A DNA stretch of 32,000 nucleotides from Wolbachia endosymbiont of Drosophila innubila (GTDB taxonomy: Bacteria; Pseudomonadota; Alphaproteobacteria; Rickettsiales; Anaplasmataceae): the NCBI RefSeq assembly GCF_021378375.1, contig NZ_CP076228.1, forward strand, positions 150,001 to 182,000, given 5' to 3'. Below, one piece after another: positions 1 to 10,039 of this stretch. Each line of letters starts with the position of its first letter. Within the stretch, counting starts at the first letter, position 1. Below the pieces are notes generated by a model. It saw only the letters and a program-made list of their open reading frames with translations, was not told where the DNA came from and did no database searches. The position numbers were made by a program, and so were the translations under genes.

Positions 1-700
1 CATTTTTATAATCCATTTGATAACCACTTTTGTCTATAGAATGTGATAGCCCACATGAACCAACGACTTGCCTGAATGGAGCATAGAAGCTAGAGCAGTA
101 TTTCACTGCATAAGATAATATTAATACGTCTTGAAAGTTGTTATCATCTAATGATTTTCTGATTCTTCCTACTCTACCATCCATCATATCAGAAGGAGCA
201 ACTATATCACATCCTGCCTTCGCTAAAGCAAGTGCTTGCTTACACAGTACTGATATAGTTTCATCGTTTTCTATATCCATCTGATTATCTTTTAAAATGC
301 CGTCATGGCCATGAATAGTGTATGGATCCAGTGCAACGTCTGCAATAATACCAATTTCAGGTACCTTTAATTTTACAGCACAAATTGCTCTGCAGATTAA
401 GTTGTCAGAATTATATGCTTCTTCAGCGTTTTCAAATTTTAGTTTACTATCAACTACAGGAAAAATTGCAACAGCATTAATTCCTAAATCTTTAGCTTCC
501 TTAACTATAGACACTAATCCATCTATTGAATAACATTTTACGCCTGGTAAGCCAGAAATTGGTTCAGTTGTTTCTTCTCTGTCATGAACAAACAGAGGAA
601 GAACCAGATCATTTACTGATAAACTATTTTCACTTGTTAAATTGCGAACCCATTTGCTCGAGCGCCTGCGTCTTAATCTTGTATTTGGAAAATTAAACAT
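1..700 (-). CDS. hemB: porphobilinogen synthase (delta-aminolevulinate dehydratase), N-terminal ~233 codons; the rest runs off the left edge
   Basis: Absent from the ORF track because it is open at the window edge. My minus-strand translation from the ATG at 700-698 gives [40 protein letters not shown]...[19 protein letters not shown]...[17 protein letters not shown]...[15 protein letters not shown]. These are the hallmark HemB blocks. The ATG overlaps the nuoH stop by 8 nt. Confidence 0.85.
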   Translation of the reverse strand, partial: MFNFPNTRLRRRRSSKWVRNLTSENSLSVNDLVLPLFVHDREETTEPISGLPGVKCYSIDGLVSIVKEAKDLGINAVAIFPVVDSKLKFENAEEAYNSDNLICRAICAVKLKVPEIGIIADVALDPYTIHGHDGILKDNQMDIENDETISVLCKQALALAKAGCDIVAPSDMMDGRVGRIRKSLDDNNFQDVLILSYAVKYCSSFYAPFRQVVGSCGLSHSIDKSGYQMDYKN

Positions 701-1718
701 TGGATCCAGGCAAGTTCCCAGTAAAGAGCAACACCCCTGAAATGAGTATCACCCAAAGCACCGATATTGGTAGAAATACTTTCCAACCAAGGCGCATTAG
801 CTGATCATATCGATAACGAGGTATTGTTGCTCTAATCCAAATAAATATAAACAAAAGTATAACTATTTTCAAAATGAACCAAATTAAACCTGGAATTTTG
901 TAAAGTAAACTGAACTCCAGCGGCGGATACCATCCTCCTAGAAAGAATATCGTCATCATAGCACTTGCTAGAATCATATTTGCATATTCTCCAAGAAAAA
1001 AGAGGGCAAAAGGCATGGATGAATATTCAACGTTATATCCAGAGACAAGCTCTGCTTCAGCTTCTGGTAAATCAAATGGGTGACGATTAGTTTCTGCAAG
1101 CAAAGAAATAAAAAATATTATTCCTATAGGCATTAGTAGCAAATCAACCCAAAATGGCATATTGTGTTTCGCTACCACCATCTCTCCAAGATTTAATGTT
1201 CCAGTGGTAATAACGACTGCAGCAACTATTAAGCCTATTGAAACTTCATATGAAATCATCTGAGCAGCCGACCGTATAGCGCCAAGGAATGCATAATTGG
1301 AGTTGCTTGACCAGCCTGCAATAATCACGCCGTATACTCCCAGCGACGATATAGCTAGCACGTAAAGCACTCCAACATTAATATTTGCTATAACCTTAGG
1401 AATAACTACTTGCTGGCCATTTTCTACAATTACTTCAGCACCAAACGGTATAACTGCCCAGGCAATTAATGCCAAGATAAAGGTAAGCATTGGAGCCATA
1501 ATGAACAGTATGGTGCTCGCTCTAAATGGTATTATCGGCTCTTTAATCAGTAGCTTAATAGCATCTGCAAATGGCTGCAATAGCCCAAAAGGTCCAACTA
1601 CACTCGGGCCGTGCCTTAATTGAATTGCAGCAAGGACCTTACGCTCAAAGTATGTCAAATATGCAACTGAAAGTAGTAGCGGTACTAAAATAAATAAAAT
1701 ATTAACTAGTGTGTTCAT
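693..1718 (-). CDS. nuoH: NADH-quinone oxidoreductase subunit H
   Basis: 341-aa polytopic membrane ORF. It carries NuoH/ND1 signatures ([66 protein letters not shown]). It overlaps the nuoG stop by 17 nt. Confidence 0.95.
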   Translation of the reverse strand: MNTLVNILFILVPLLLSVAYLTYFERKVLAAIQLRHGPSVVGPFGLLQPFADAIKLLIKEPIIPFRASTILFIMAPMLTFILALIAWAVIPFGAEVIVENGQQVVIPKVIANINVGVLYVLAISSLGVYGVIIAGWSSNSNYAFLGAIRSAAQMISYEVSIGLIVAAVVITTGTLNLGEMVVAKHNMPFWVDLLLMPIGIIFFISLLAETNRHPFDLPEAEAELVSGYNVEYSSMPFALFFLGEYANMILASAMMTIFFLGGWYPPLEFSLLYKIPGLIWFILKIVILLFIFIWIRATIPRYRYDQLMRLGWKVFLPISVLWVILISGVLLFTGNLPGSNV

Positions 1719-3771
1719 AAAAAGCTTTAGTACAATCTGCCATTATTTTTGAAGCGCGACTTATTGAATCCGTCATATAAAAATTACACTCCTTTAAAGT
1801 AAAAGGTGTATCACTTAAATTTATTTTACCATTGCTAATTGGCACCCATGTGTTTTTTATCACTTGATCAGCATTTCTAAACTGTGGACCGATAGTATCT
1901 AATTTTTTTCTCACGTCAAATAAACTATCATATGGTAAGGAGAGATCCAAATATTGCGAGAGATTTTTAATAATTAACCAGTCCTCCTTTGCTTCACCTG
2001 GAGGAAATACAGCTAAATTTGTTCTTTGCACTCGACCTTCAGTGTTTACATAAGTTGCATATTTTTCTGTATATGCAGCACCAGGCAAGATAACATCTGC
2101 CACATGTGCACCCTTATCACCGTGATGACCTTGATAAATTACAAATGTGTTTTCTAACTTTGATGTGTCAATTTCATCTGCACCAAGAAGATAAACAACT
2201 TCTATTTCACCACTTTCTGCATGTTCCAATATTTGATTAATATCCCTTTCGCCTTTTTTAGGAACAAACCCAATATCTAGCCCACCAACTCTTGCTGCAG
2301 CTTTATGCAGCACATTAAAGCCATTCCAGTCATCTCTGACCATGTTAAATTCTTCTGCAATTTTGCCAGCTAGAATTAGAATTGATTCAGAATCGTCTCT
2401 TACTAATGCATCTTGACCGATAATCAGCATAGGGCTCTGAGCAGCACTCAGCAGCTTACAGAACTTATGATTTCCATTTGCTATTTCACTCAAAATATCA
2501 GGATTATCGCCCAATTTCTCAACATGATACAAATATTCAATGTTAGGACCAACACTTGCAACAGGAAAGTTGCCCTGTAAATATCTCTTTCTCAATCTTA
2601 CGTTAATGATCGGTGCTTCTATCCTTGGGTTTGTATTTATAAGCAGACACAAATCCGCATTCTCTATACCTTCAATAGTGGTATTGAACACATACGATCC
2701 ACGATTATTTGGTATAAGTTTTGCACCATCCTGCCTGCAATCTATATTTCCCGAGCCGAGCTTCTGCATCATTTCTTTAAGTAGAAGCATAGACTCACAA
2801 TCTGCTAAATCACCTGCAATTGCAGCTATTTTATTTGATTTTGTATTCTTTAATTTCTTTGCAGCAGCAGTTAATGCCTCATTCCAATCAACTGGGGCTA
2901 ATTTACCATCTTTTTTTATATAAGGTCGATCAAGACGCTGAACTTTTAGTCCATCATAGGCAAAGCGGGTTTTATCTGATATCCATTCTTCATTTACCTC
3001 TTCGCTCAGCCTTGGTAATATCCTCATAACCTCCGGGCCACGATAATCAACTCTAATTGCGCTACCCACAGCATCTAGCACATCTATAGTCTCACAATGT
3101 GATAGCTCCCATGGACGCGCTGTAAAGGAGTAAGGCTTTGAAGTTAAAGCTCCTACCGGGCAGAGATCTATGATATTTCCGGATAATTCAGAACTAATAT
3201 GCCTTTTTATGTAAGTGCTAATCTCTACATTTTCTCCCCTTCCGATTCCTCCAAGTTCATTTGTACCTGCAACATCAGACAAAAATCTAACACACCGAGT
3301 GCAATGAATGCATCGATTCATCGCGGTCTCAATCAGTGGTCCGAAGTGTTTTTTTGGCACAGCCCTCTTATGCTCATCAAGTCTGCTGGTTCCTTTCCCA
3401 TAAGCCATCGTGATATCTTGCAAATCGCATTCACCACCCTGATCGCAAATTGGGCAATCAAGCGGGTGGTTAATTAGCAAAAACTCAAGCACACCTTCAC
3501 GTGCTTTTTTAACCTTAGGGGTATCAGTGTGAATAACCATCCCTTCTGCAACTGGCATTGCACAAGAGGCTACTGGTTTTGGAGGTCCACCCTCCACTTC
3601 AACCAAACACATTCTGCAATTACCAGCAATTGCTAAACGCTCATGATAACAAAAACGTGGAATTTCAACGCCCACGACTTCACAAGCTTGAATTATAGTG
3701 AGCCCATGCTCTACTTCACATTCCTTAGAATTAATAGTAACTTTAACCACAACTATTATACAGCTTCCCAC
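1702..3771 (-). CDS. nuoG: NADH-quinone oxidoreductase subunit G (75-kDa Fe-S subunit)
   Basis: N-terminal 2Fe-2S and 4Fe-4S cysteine motifs are present ([54 protein letters not shown]). The start is uncertain. The track uses the GTG at 3771, but the GTG at 3750 ([13 protein letters not shown]) lies just past the upstream ORF stop and looks more typical. Confidence 0.95.
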   Translation of the reverse strand: MGSCIIVVVKVTINSKECEVEHGLTIIQACEVVGVEIPRFCYHERLAIAGNCRMCLVEVEGGPPKPVASCAMPVAEGMVIHTDTPKVKKAREGVLEFLLINHPLDCPICDQGGECDLQDITMAYGKGTSRLDEHKRAVPKKHFGPLIETAMNRCIHCTRCVRFLSDVAGTNELGGIGRGENVEISTYIKRHISSELSGNIIDLCPVGALTSKPYSFTARPWELSHCETIDVLDAVGSAIRVDYRGPEVMRILPRLSEEVNEEWISDKTRFAYDGLKVQRLDRPYIKKDGKLAPVDWNEALTAAAKKLKNTKSNKIAAIAGDLADCESMLLLKEMMQKLGSGNIDCRQDGAKLIPNNRGSYVFNTTIEGIENADLCLLINTNPRIEAPIINVRLRKRYLQGNFPVASVGPNIEYLYHVEKLGDNPDILSEIANGNHKFCKLLSAAQSPMLIIGQDALVRDDSESILILAGKIAEEFNMVRDDWNGFNVLHKAAARVGGLDIGFVPKKGERDINQILEHAESGEIEVVYLLGADEIDTSKLENTFVIYQGHHGDKGAHVADVILPGAAYTEKYATYVNTEGRVQRTNLAVFPPGEAKEDWLIIKNLSQYLDLSLPYDSLFDVRKKLDTIGPQFRNADQVIKNTWVPISNGKINLSDTPFTLKECNFYMTDSISRASKIMADCTKAFYEHTS

Positions 3772-3968
3772 TTTATAGGATTGCCGCTTACCTCATCTTC
3801 AACCAGATTGCCGTTGTCATATTGAGCAGACATATAATTCATGCGCGAATCACGATCTATATATCTAACAGGTTTTACCGGTTTATCTTTATACATTTTT
3901 TGCTCAGCTTTCTTACGCTGAGTAGGGTTATTTTTACTAGCTGTCTTTGCTTTCCCACCTGCTGCCAT
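3756..3968 (-). CDS. small basic hypothetical protein (70 aa) directly upstream of nuoG
   Basis: ATG-initiated ORF whose stop (3756-3758) abuts or overlaps the nuoG start region. It has a Lys-rich N-terminus and no motif I recognise. The coding call rests on operon position and on the absence of repeat sequence. Confidence 0.45.
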   Translation of the reverse strand: MAAGGKAKTASKNNPTQRKKAEQKMYKDKPVKPVRYIDRDSRMNYMSAQYDNGNLVEDEVSGNPIKWEAV

Positions 3969-4104
3969 ATAAACTCCTAAAAACTTTTCATTCTATTTTA
4001 ACACTTAAGTATATAGCGTCAATATTTAATAACTTTAAAATTTCAATAGATCTCTTATTATAATCATTTTACAATCATTGTTTAAATAAAAAGTTACCCC
4101 TTGA

Positions 4105-4357
4105 TGCCATTCCAGCGCATGACGCACAGCTGTACGAACATTGCAATTTGCAGGCAATTTGCGTGGCAGATTCAAGTAGCTGACACTGGTTTCCATCCAA
4201 GACAGCAGTAGCCCTTTCGGTGTTATTTCAGTGCTTGACACTGAAATCCAGGATTTTGATTGGATACTGAGTTGGTAAGCATAAAAGTGTAGCTAACGCG
4301 AGCTCTACGTCATACCGCGATTTATTCGCGGTATCTCAAAGCATAGATCCCGCTGCG
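4105..4357. repeat. mosaic of short palindromic repeats (family B hairpin units, family C arm, family A element)
   Basis: Contains gccattccagcgcatgacgc, gctgtacgaacattgcaatttgcagg, cagtgcttgacactgaaatccagg and cgtcataccgcgatttattcgcggtatctc...atcccgctgcgggatgacg. All of these recur in other intergenic blocks of this window. Confidence 0.75.
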
Positions 4358-4854
4358 GGATGACGATTGTCGTTTAGCCATAAATATTTAAGAAATTTAC
4401 CAAATGAAAAAAAAGGCAAAAGAAGTCCTGGGGTTATTATCCGCTTTAAAATATTGGCGTTTTTTATGTTTTAAACGCTTGACAAGCAAGATTAAGCTGC
4501 TTTTAATTGCAACTAACTTACGCTGCAAATGTTTAAGAAATTTACTAAGCAGAAAAAAAGACAAAGAATCCCCGAGTTAGCTAGTCTTTTACTATCTCTG
4601 TCGAGTATTGGCATTTTTTGATGTCTTGTAACGCTTTATAAGCGCGTTCAGCTTATTTAGATAAAAATCTAGATGTAGATGAAGTTTTGTAAAGACATAT
4701 AGTATCTATATACTGCAAAAAATTGAACATAAGACGCCGATACATTAAGTAATCCTTACCTTTTAATCTGCAGATTGGCGAAAGCAAATACAATAGCTTC
4801 AGTTTCATGATAAGGGGGCTGGCGGAGTTTGTCAAGGAAGTTTTTTCGTTTCTA
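4358..4854. repeat. ~495-bp modular repeat, copy 1 (two degenerate ~145-bp tandem modules plus a ~200-bp head)
   Basis: By-eye alignment with 24228-24722 shows a central stretch of ~365 bp that is identical, with divergence at both ends. The modules start with taagaaatttac at 4389 and 4534. Confidence 0.85.
4807..4835 (-). promoter_or_regulatory. sigma70-like promoter inside repeat copy 1 (TTGACA-17 nt-TATCAT on the minus strand)
   Basis: The minus strand reads ttgaca aactccgccagccccct tatcat. The same hexamers and 17-nt spacing are kept in copy 2, although 4 of the 17 spacer bases differ. Confidence 0.3.
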
Positions 4855-4903
4855 ACGATTGTTAACATGCTGCAAAAAACTATGCAAGAGGTCTACCACT
4901 TTA

Positions 4904-5725
4904 TTAGGTATTTGTGCAGTTATTGGTGTTATCAAGATACTCCCTAATCTTCTTTAAGTCCTCCCAGGCTAAACGTTTTTGTGCCGGTTGGCGAAGTAGG
5001 TAAGCTGGATGAAATATAGCGGCTGTGGTGATTGAATTGGACAAATATTGGTTAGTGTACGTATGAAATCTACCACGCAAATTCGATATAGTTTTTGTGC
5101 TGTCAAGAAGGCTATAACATGCGATTCCCCCGACCAAAATTAAAATTTGTGGTGAAACTAGTGCAACGTGTTTTTCGACAAATGGTCTGCACATATCAAG
5201 CTCTAGGTCGGTTGGCTTTCTATTGCCAGGTGGACGCCAAAATACAGTATTGCTTATGTATACCTTAGTGCGATCAAGATTGATTGCATTTAACATTTTA
5301 TCGAGCAACATTCCACTTGCACCACAAAATGGTATGCCTTGAAGGTCTTCATTTGCTCCTGGAGCTTCACCAACGAGCATAACTTTTGCGTTTGGATTAC
5401 CATCGGAAAAGACAGTATTAGTTGCAGTTTTTTTTATCTCACAACCTTCAAATGATTCAACTGCACTTCTTAGTTCATCCACACTATTACATTTGCTTGC
5501 AAGTTTCCTTGCTTCGATTATCCAGTCACTTGGAAACATGTCTTTTCCATCTTTAGTGTCACCCCAGCGCGTATCTGCATCTTTCTTCTTGGTCCCAGTT
5601 TGGATAACAGAGGGTTGTACACTCTCTTTGCTCTCCAATTTTTTTTCCTCTTCACCCTCTGTTAGTGTGCAATCAACGCCCACTTCATGGTAAAATTTTA
5701 ATAATTCTAGGTCTTTATTGCTCAT
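4904..5725 (-). CDS. uracil-DNA glycosylase, family 4, with an acidic N-terminal extension
   Basis: Carries the family-4 UDG motif GEAPGANEDLQGIPFCGASGMLLDKML and a C-terminal HPAYLLR-type block. The start overlaps the def stop by 11 nt. Confidence 0.85.
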   Translation of the reverse strand: MSNKDLELLKFYHEVGVDCTLTEGEEEKKLESKESVQPSVIQTGTKKKDADTRWGDTKDGKDMFPSDWIIEARKLASKCNSVDELRSAVESFEGCEIKKTATNTVFSDGNPNAKVMLVGEAPGANEDLQGIPFCGASGMLLDKMLNAINLDRTKVYISNTVFWRPPGNRKPTDLELDMCRPFVEKHVALVSPQILILVGGIACYSLLDSTKTISNLRGRFHTYTNQYLSNSITTAAIFHPAYLLRQPAQKRLAWEDLKKIREYLDNTNNCTNT

Positions 5726-6254
5726 AATGCTTTTTAACCTTTTGTGCTTTTTTCATGGCCATATCATACTTTAATTGAGATAAATGTCTAATATATAATA
5801 TGCCGTTTAAGTGATCTAATTCATGCTGAATACACCTTGCAAGCCAACCACTAGCTTTTAGTGTTTGTTCTTCATTATCTAAGTCTTTATATTTCACAGT
5901 TAGATACTTTGGACGCTTAATTTCATGACTTTGCTCTGGAATTGAAAGGCATCCTTCCTTGAGAATTACTTGTTCATCGGATAATTCTGTAATCTCAGGA
6001 TTAATCATGTAAAATTTGCCAGTTGAGCCATATCCTGCTGGCTCATTTTCAATCGTTTCTAGCTGAATATCCATAACAAAAATTCTCTTTAACACTCCAA
6101 CTTGCACTGCAGCAAGGCCAAGACCTTCTGCATCATACATAGTTTCGAACATGTCGTTTACTAATTCTTTAATTTTATCGTTTATATCTGTTACTTCACT
6201 GGCACGTGTGATTAGTCTTTCATCAGGGGCAATTACAATTGGTAATATGGACAT
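5715..6254 (-). CDS. def: peptide deformylase
   Basis: All three PDF motifs are present: GLGLAAVQVG, EGCLSIP and HELDHLNG. Confidence 0.95.
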   Translation of the reverse strand: MSILPIVIAPDERLITRASEVTDINDKIKELVNDMFETMYDAEGLGLAAVQVGVLKRIFVMDIQLETIENEPAGYGSTGKFYMINPEITELSDEQVILKEGCLSIPEQSHEIKRPKYLTVKYKDLDNEEQTLKASGWLARCIQHELDHLNGILYIRHLSQLKYDMAMKKAQKVKKHYEQ

Positions 6255-6392
6255 AAAAATTATAATTCTATGTTTTGCTTTTCCTTTTGTCCAGAATTTA
6301 GTGTATATTAAAATGTTGCTATATCTATAATAGAAATATAAATTATTAAAGGAAGCTACAATTTAAATGAAATTGCGTAATAAGGTTAACTA

Positions 6393-7631
6393 ATGTACTC
6401 TGCAGTAATAGCAAAACCAAAGAGAAATGTTTTTGCTGTTTTAGACATAGGTACAACAAAGATTATTTGTCTAATCGTTAAGATAAATGGCAACTTCAGC
6501 TATAAAGTAACAGGAACGGGTTATAAGATTGCAGAAGGTGTAAACGGTGGATCAATAACTAATGTAAAACACGCAAATTACTCCATCTCATCAACTATAG
6601 GTTTAGCTGAACAAGTATCAGAAGAAACCATAGATCAGATATATGTGAACATTGCTGGATGTGGCATCTCATCTTTTAATGTACATAATGAAATTATTGC
6701 AGCTAACCATGAGATTTCTGAGCGTGATATAAGACGTGTAGTTTTTCAAACATTTGAGAAATATATTGAAGACAATGTTATCATTCACAATATACCACTA
6801 AAATATCACTTAGATGACATGACTGACATAAAAGAAGTTGGTGGATTGTACGGAAAAAGACTATCTGCTGATGTTAATGTTGTCACTGCTTCGCGTCCAG
6901 CGCTTACCAATATTGAAAACTGTATTACCAATAATGGTGGATTGAATATGGCAGGTTGTATTGCTTCTGCATATTCTGCAGGTCTTGCCTGTCTGAGTGG
7001 AGATGAAAAAGAGTTCGGGACTGCTATTGTTGATATAGGCGGTGGGTGCACTGCAATTGGAATTTTCAAAAGAGGGAAACTTGTGTATGCAAGCAGCGTT
7101 CCAATTGGTGGTGTTCATATCACTCGAGATATTGCTTACGGGCTATGCACAAGCATAGAACGTGCAGAGTATATAAAAATACTGTATGGCAGCACTATCG
7201 TAACTTCAATAGATGAGAATGAGTACATTACAATGCAAAACAACGAAAATGATGAACCTACTCAAGTATTCAAATCTGAGCTTATTAACATCATAAGACC
7301 AAGAGTTGAAGAAATACTTGAAATGGTAAGAGAGCAATTTCAAGAGCAGAAAGATCCAATTAATAAAGTAGTGATCACAGGTGGAACTAGTCAACTCACA
7401 AGCATGAAGGAAATTGCAGGCTATATATTCAATAAGCAAGTTCGAATTGGGTGCCCTGAGTCTTGTAGCGGTCTTGATGGCGAATATGATAAAAATCCTG
7501 TATTTTCTGCTGCTATAGGCTCTATAAAGCTAATAGTTGACACTTTTTATAAAAATAATTCTGGTATTTTAGGTCAGGATGGTAAAATGAGTAAATTGTA
7601 TAATTGGGTTAAATCAAAAGTTACAGTCTAG
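6393..7631 (+). CDS. ftsA: cell division protein FtsA
   Basis: Actin-fold ATPase motifs are present (VLDIGTTKIICLI, IVDIGGGCTAIGIF, VITGGTSQL), and 412 aa is typical of FtsA. No adjacent ftsQ or ftsZ. Confidence 0.9.
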   Translation: MYSAVIAKPKRNVFAVLDIGTTKIICLIVKINGNFSYKVTGTGYKIAEGVNGGSITNVKHANYSISSTIGLAEQVSEETIDQIYVNIAGCGISSFNVHNEIIAANHEISERDIRRVVFQTFEKYIEDNVIIHNIPLKYHLDDMTDIKEVGGLYGKRLSADVNVVTASRPALTNIENCITNNGGLNMAGCIASAYSAGLACLSGDEKEFGTAIVDIGGGCTAIGIFKRGKLVYASSVPIGGVHITRDIAYGLCTSIERAEYIKILYGSTIVTSIDENEYITMQNNENDEPTQVFKSELINIIRPRVEEILEMVREQFQEQKDPINKVVITGGTSQLTSMKEIAGYIFNKQVRIGCPESCSGLDGEYDKNPVFSAAIGSIKLIVDTFYKNNSGILGQDGKMSKLYNWVKSKVTV

Positions 7632-7754
7632 ATTTCTGTTTTACCACCTTTCATACAAATGACTTGACACTAGGATCCATAGGACTTATTTTTATAATAT
7701 GTAAAATTATTATGTTTATGTATTTGCGAGTAAGCGTACCAATTACAATAAGAC

Positions 7755-8546
7755 ATGGAAAATATGAACATAACTATACACTCACAAGAAGATTTTGAAT
7801 TTATGCGCAAGGCTGGCAGGCTTGCTGCTGAAACTCTTGATTTCATTGCACCGTACGTAAAGGTAGGGGTGACAACTAATGAATTAAATGATCTATGCCA
7901 TGACTTTATAATTAATGCAGGTGCAATTCCAGCACCACTAAATTATAGGGGGTATCCAAAATCAATCTGCACCTCAAAAAATGCCGTTGTGTGCCATGGT
8001 GTTCCTGATGATACACCGCTTAAAGATGGGGATATTTTGAATATTGACGTTACGGTGATTTTGAATGGCTGGCATGGTGATACAAGTCGCATGTTTTGGG
8101 TTGGCAAGCCATCAATAAAAGCAAAACGTTTATGTGACGCTACTTATAATGCGTTGATGGAAGCAATCAAACAAGTTAAGCCCGGCAATAAGTTAAATGA
8201 AATAGGGCTTGCTATAGAGAAATATATTAGAGATTTTGGATATTCTATCGTACGCAGCTACTGCGGACATGGTATAGGAAAAGTCTTTCATGCTCCACCA
8301 AATGTAGTGCATTTCTATGATCAAGATGAAGATCTTGTCTTAAAGGAAGGTATGTTTTTTACAATAGAGCCAATGATTAATGCTGGAAAACATGAGACTC
8401 TGCTCAGTAAACTCGATGACTGGACAGTAACAACACGCGATCTTTCACTTTCTGCTCAATTTGAGCATACACTTGGAGTAACAAAAGATGGTGCTGAAAT
8501 ATTCACATTATCACCTAAGAATTGGCATTTCCCACCTTATAATTAG
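7755..8546 (+). CDS. map: type I methionine aminopeptidase
   Basis: MetAP-I blocks are present: CHGVPD, DILNIDVTV, GWHGDTSRMF, GHGIG..FH, FTIEPM and EHT. Confidence 0.95.
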   Translation: MENMNITIHSQEDFEFMRKAGRLAAETLDFIAPYVKVGVTTNELNDLCHDFIINAGAIPAPLNYRGYPKSICTSKNAVVCHGVPDDTPLKDGDILNIDVTVILNGWHGDTSRMFWVGKPSIKAKRLCDATYNALMEAIKQVKPGNKLNEIGLAIEKYIRDFGYSIVRSYCGHGIGKVFHAPPNVVHFYDQDEDLVLKEGMFFTIEPMINAGKHETLLSKLDDWTVTTRDLSLSAQFEHTLGVTKDGAEIFTLSPKNWHFPPYN

Positions 8547-8573
8547 ATTTTTTTAAATTCTGCTATACTGCAA

Positions 8574-9821
8574 CTATACTTGGTTTACTTTGGGTAATTT
8601 TGAAGAAAGCTCACCCTTAATTTGCGATATAGCAACTAGCCCAATTAATGCACAGAAAATCATGTAAAAACTAGCTGAAGTCTCTTGTCCTGTAACCTTG
8701 ATAATTGTTGTGCATATAAATGGTGCAAGGCCGCCAAAAAATCCAGCAGCTATATTTCTTGATAAACCAAATCCACTGTACCGAACCTTTGTTGGAAATA
8801 ATTCGCACATAAGTGCACTGACAGGACCAAGCGATGCAGCTATTGGAATTATAAAAAGAATGTGTGCCAGCAAGTAATTGCCACTACATAACATTGAAAA
8901 AACTGGATAACTCACTATTACAAAAGCTATGAATGCAAATTTCATAACTTTTTCTCTTCCTACCTTATCAGAAAGTATTGCAAACAATATTGTCAATCCT
9001 CCGAGCGCAATTTGACTCAGTATTTCCACTATATGATTAAAATGAGTATTTACTGTTAATATTTTATTCGTAAGCACATTGAAAAATACCAAATATATAT
9101 AGAGAGACGCATTTTCAACCAAGTCAATACCTATTGATATTAGAACAGGCTTTTTGTAATTGTTTAATAACTCTTTTAGTGGCAATTTAGACGGATTTTT
9201 TTGTCTTTTATACTCTGGGCTTTCATCAAGTATATATCTCACATATATGCTAATTAATCCCATTGCTAAACTGAAAATGAAAGGTAATCTCCACCCCCAA
9301 GATTCAAAATCAGATACTTTTTTGCATATGAGTACCGCTATCAGGCTTAATACTGAACCAAAAATTGCGCTTAATACTTCAATGCTGCCAAAAAATCCTT
9401 TTTTGTTTTTAGGAGCATGTTCTATTAAAAATGGTGCATTTCCTGCTTCTCCTCCAAGGGATATACCCTGCAATAGCCTTAAACAAACTACCAGAATTGA
9501 TGCTAGTATTCCAATGCTTTGATAACCTGGAACAAAAGCAATTAATACGGTTGATAAAGTCATTAATATAATCGAGAGCAATAAGGCAACTCTTCTGCCA
9601 TGTTTATCACCAATGTGACCAAATATAGCAGCACCGACTGGTCTCATTAAGAAACCCACTGCAAACACTCCAAAAGCCTTCAATACGCTGGTTAGTTGAT
9701 CATCCGATGGAAAAAACACACCACCTATTATGTTTATTAAGTGGCCAAAAAGCATGTGGTCATACCACAATAAAGTGTTACAAATCAAACTTGAAAATAT
9801 TACTTTTGTTATTTGCTGCAT
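8574..9821 (-). CDS. MFS transporter, metabolite:H+ symporter (ProP-like) family
   Basis: 415-aa ORF with about 12 hydrophobic segments. It has the MFS loop motif GHIGDKHGRR. The substrate cannot be read from the sequence. Confidence 0.85.
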   Translation of the reverse strand: MQQITKVIFSSLICNTLLWYDHMLFGHLINIIGGVFFPSDDQLTSVLKAFGVFAVGFLMRPVGAAIFGHIGDKHGRRVALLLSIILMTLSTVLIAFVPGYQSIGILASILVVCLRLLQGISLGGEAGNAPFLIEHAPKNKKGFFGSIEVLSAIFGSVLSLIAVLICKKVSDFESWGWRLPFIFSLAMGLISIYVRYILDESPEYKRQKNPSKLPLKELLNNYKKPVLISIGIDLVENASLYIYLVFFNVLTNKILTVNTHFNHIVEILSQIALGGLTILFAILSDKVGREKVMKFAFIAFVIVSYPVFSMLCSGNYLLAHILFIIPIAASLGPVSALMCELFPTKVRYSGFGLSRNIAAGFFGGLAPFICTTIIKVTGQETSASFYMIFCALIGLVAISQIKGELSSKLPKVNQV

Positions 9822-10039
9822 AATTTCCCTATAGCCTGTTTGATCTTATATATAAAAAAAAATGTGAACGTTATGTGAATATTATATTAACAATATTAAA
9901 CCTTGATTTTAATATTATTGCTCATATATTCCGATAAGATACCATATTTTGGCAAGAAAATCTATGTACATAAATAAAATTGATGTGAAGAGTAGAGTAG
10001 AGTAGGATATCTACACCAACTGTACTTAAATTTTTTGAT

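Noticed and set aside
4035-4241. 68-aa ORF in the repeat mosaic (also 24245..24433, 14155..14412, 14486..14800, 9922..10170)
   Set aside because: These are composed of repeat or IS-remnant sequence, or overlap real genes and their promoters. Their peptide content (for example ALEWHQG, VIPVLDTG-type strings) is simply translated hairpin repeats.
4811-4830. tmRNA-like 5' end (gggggctggcggag resembles the GGGGCUG acceptor start)
   Set aside because: It lies in a repeat present at least twice (the second copy reads gggagctggcgaag). There is no T-arm or CCA partner and no tag-peptide frame ending in the usual hydrophobic tail.
7663-7698. Solo family B half-unit (cttgacactaggatcca) acting as the -35 of a promoter for map
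   Set aside because: The nearest TATAAT (7693-7698) is 23 nt from the TTGACA (7664-7669), which is too far for a sigma70-type promoter. The match is a by-product of the repeat consensus.
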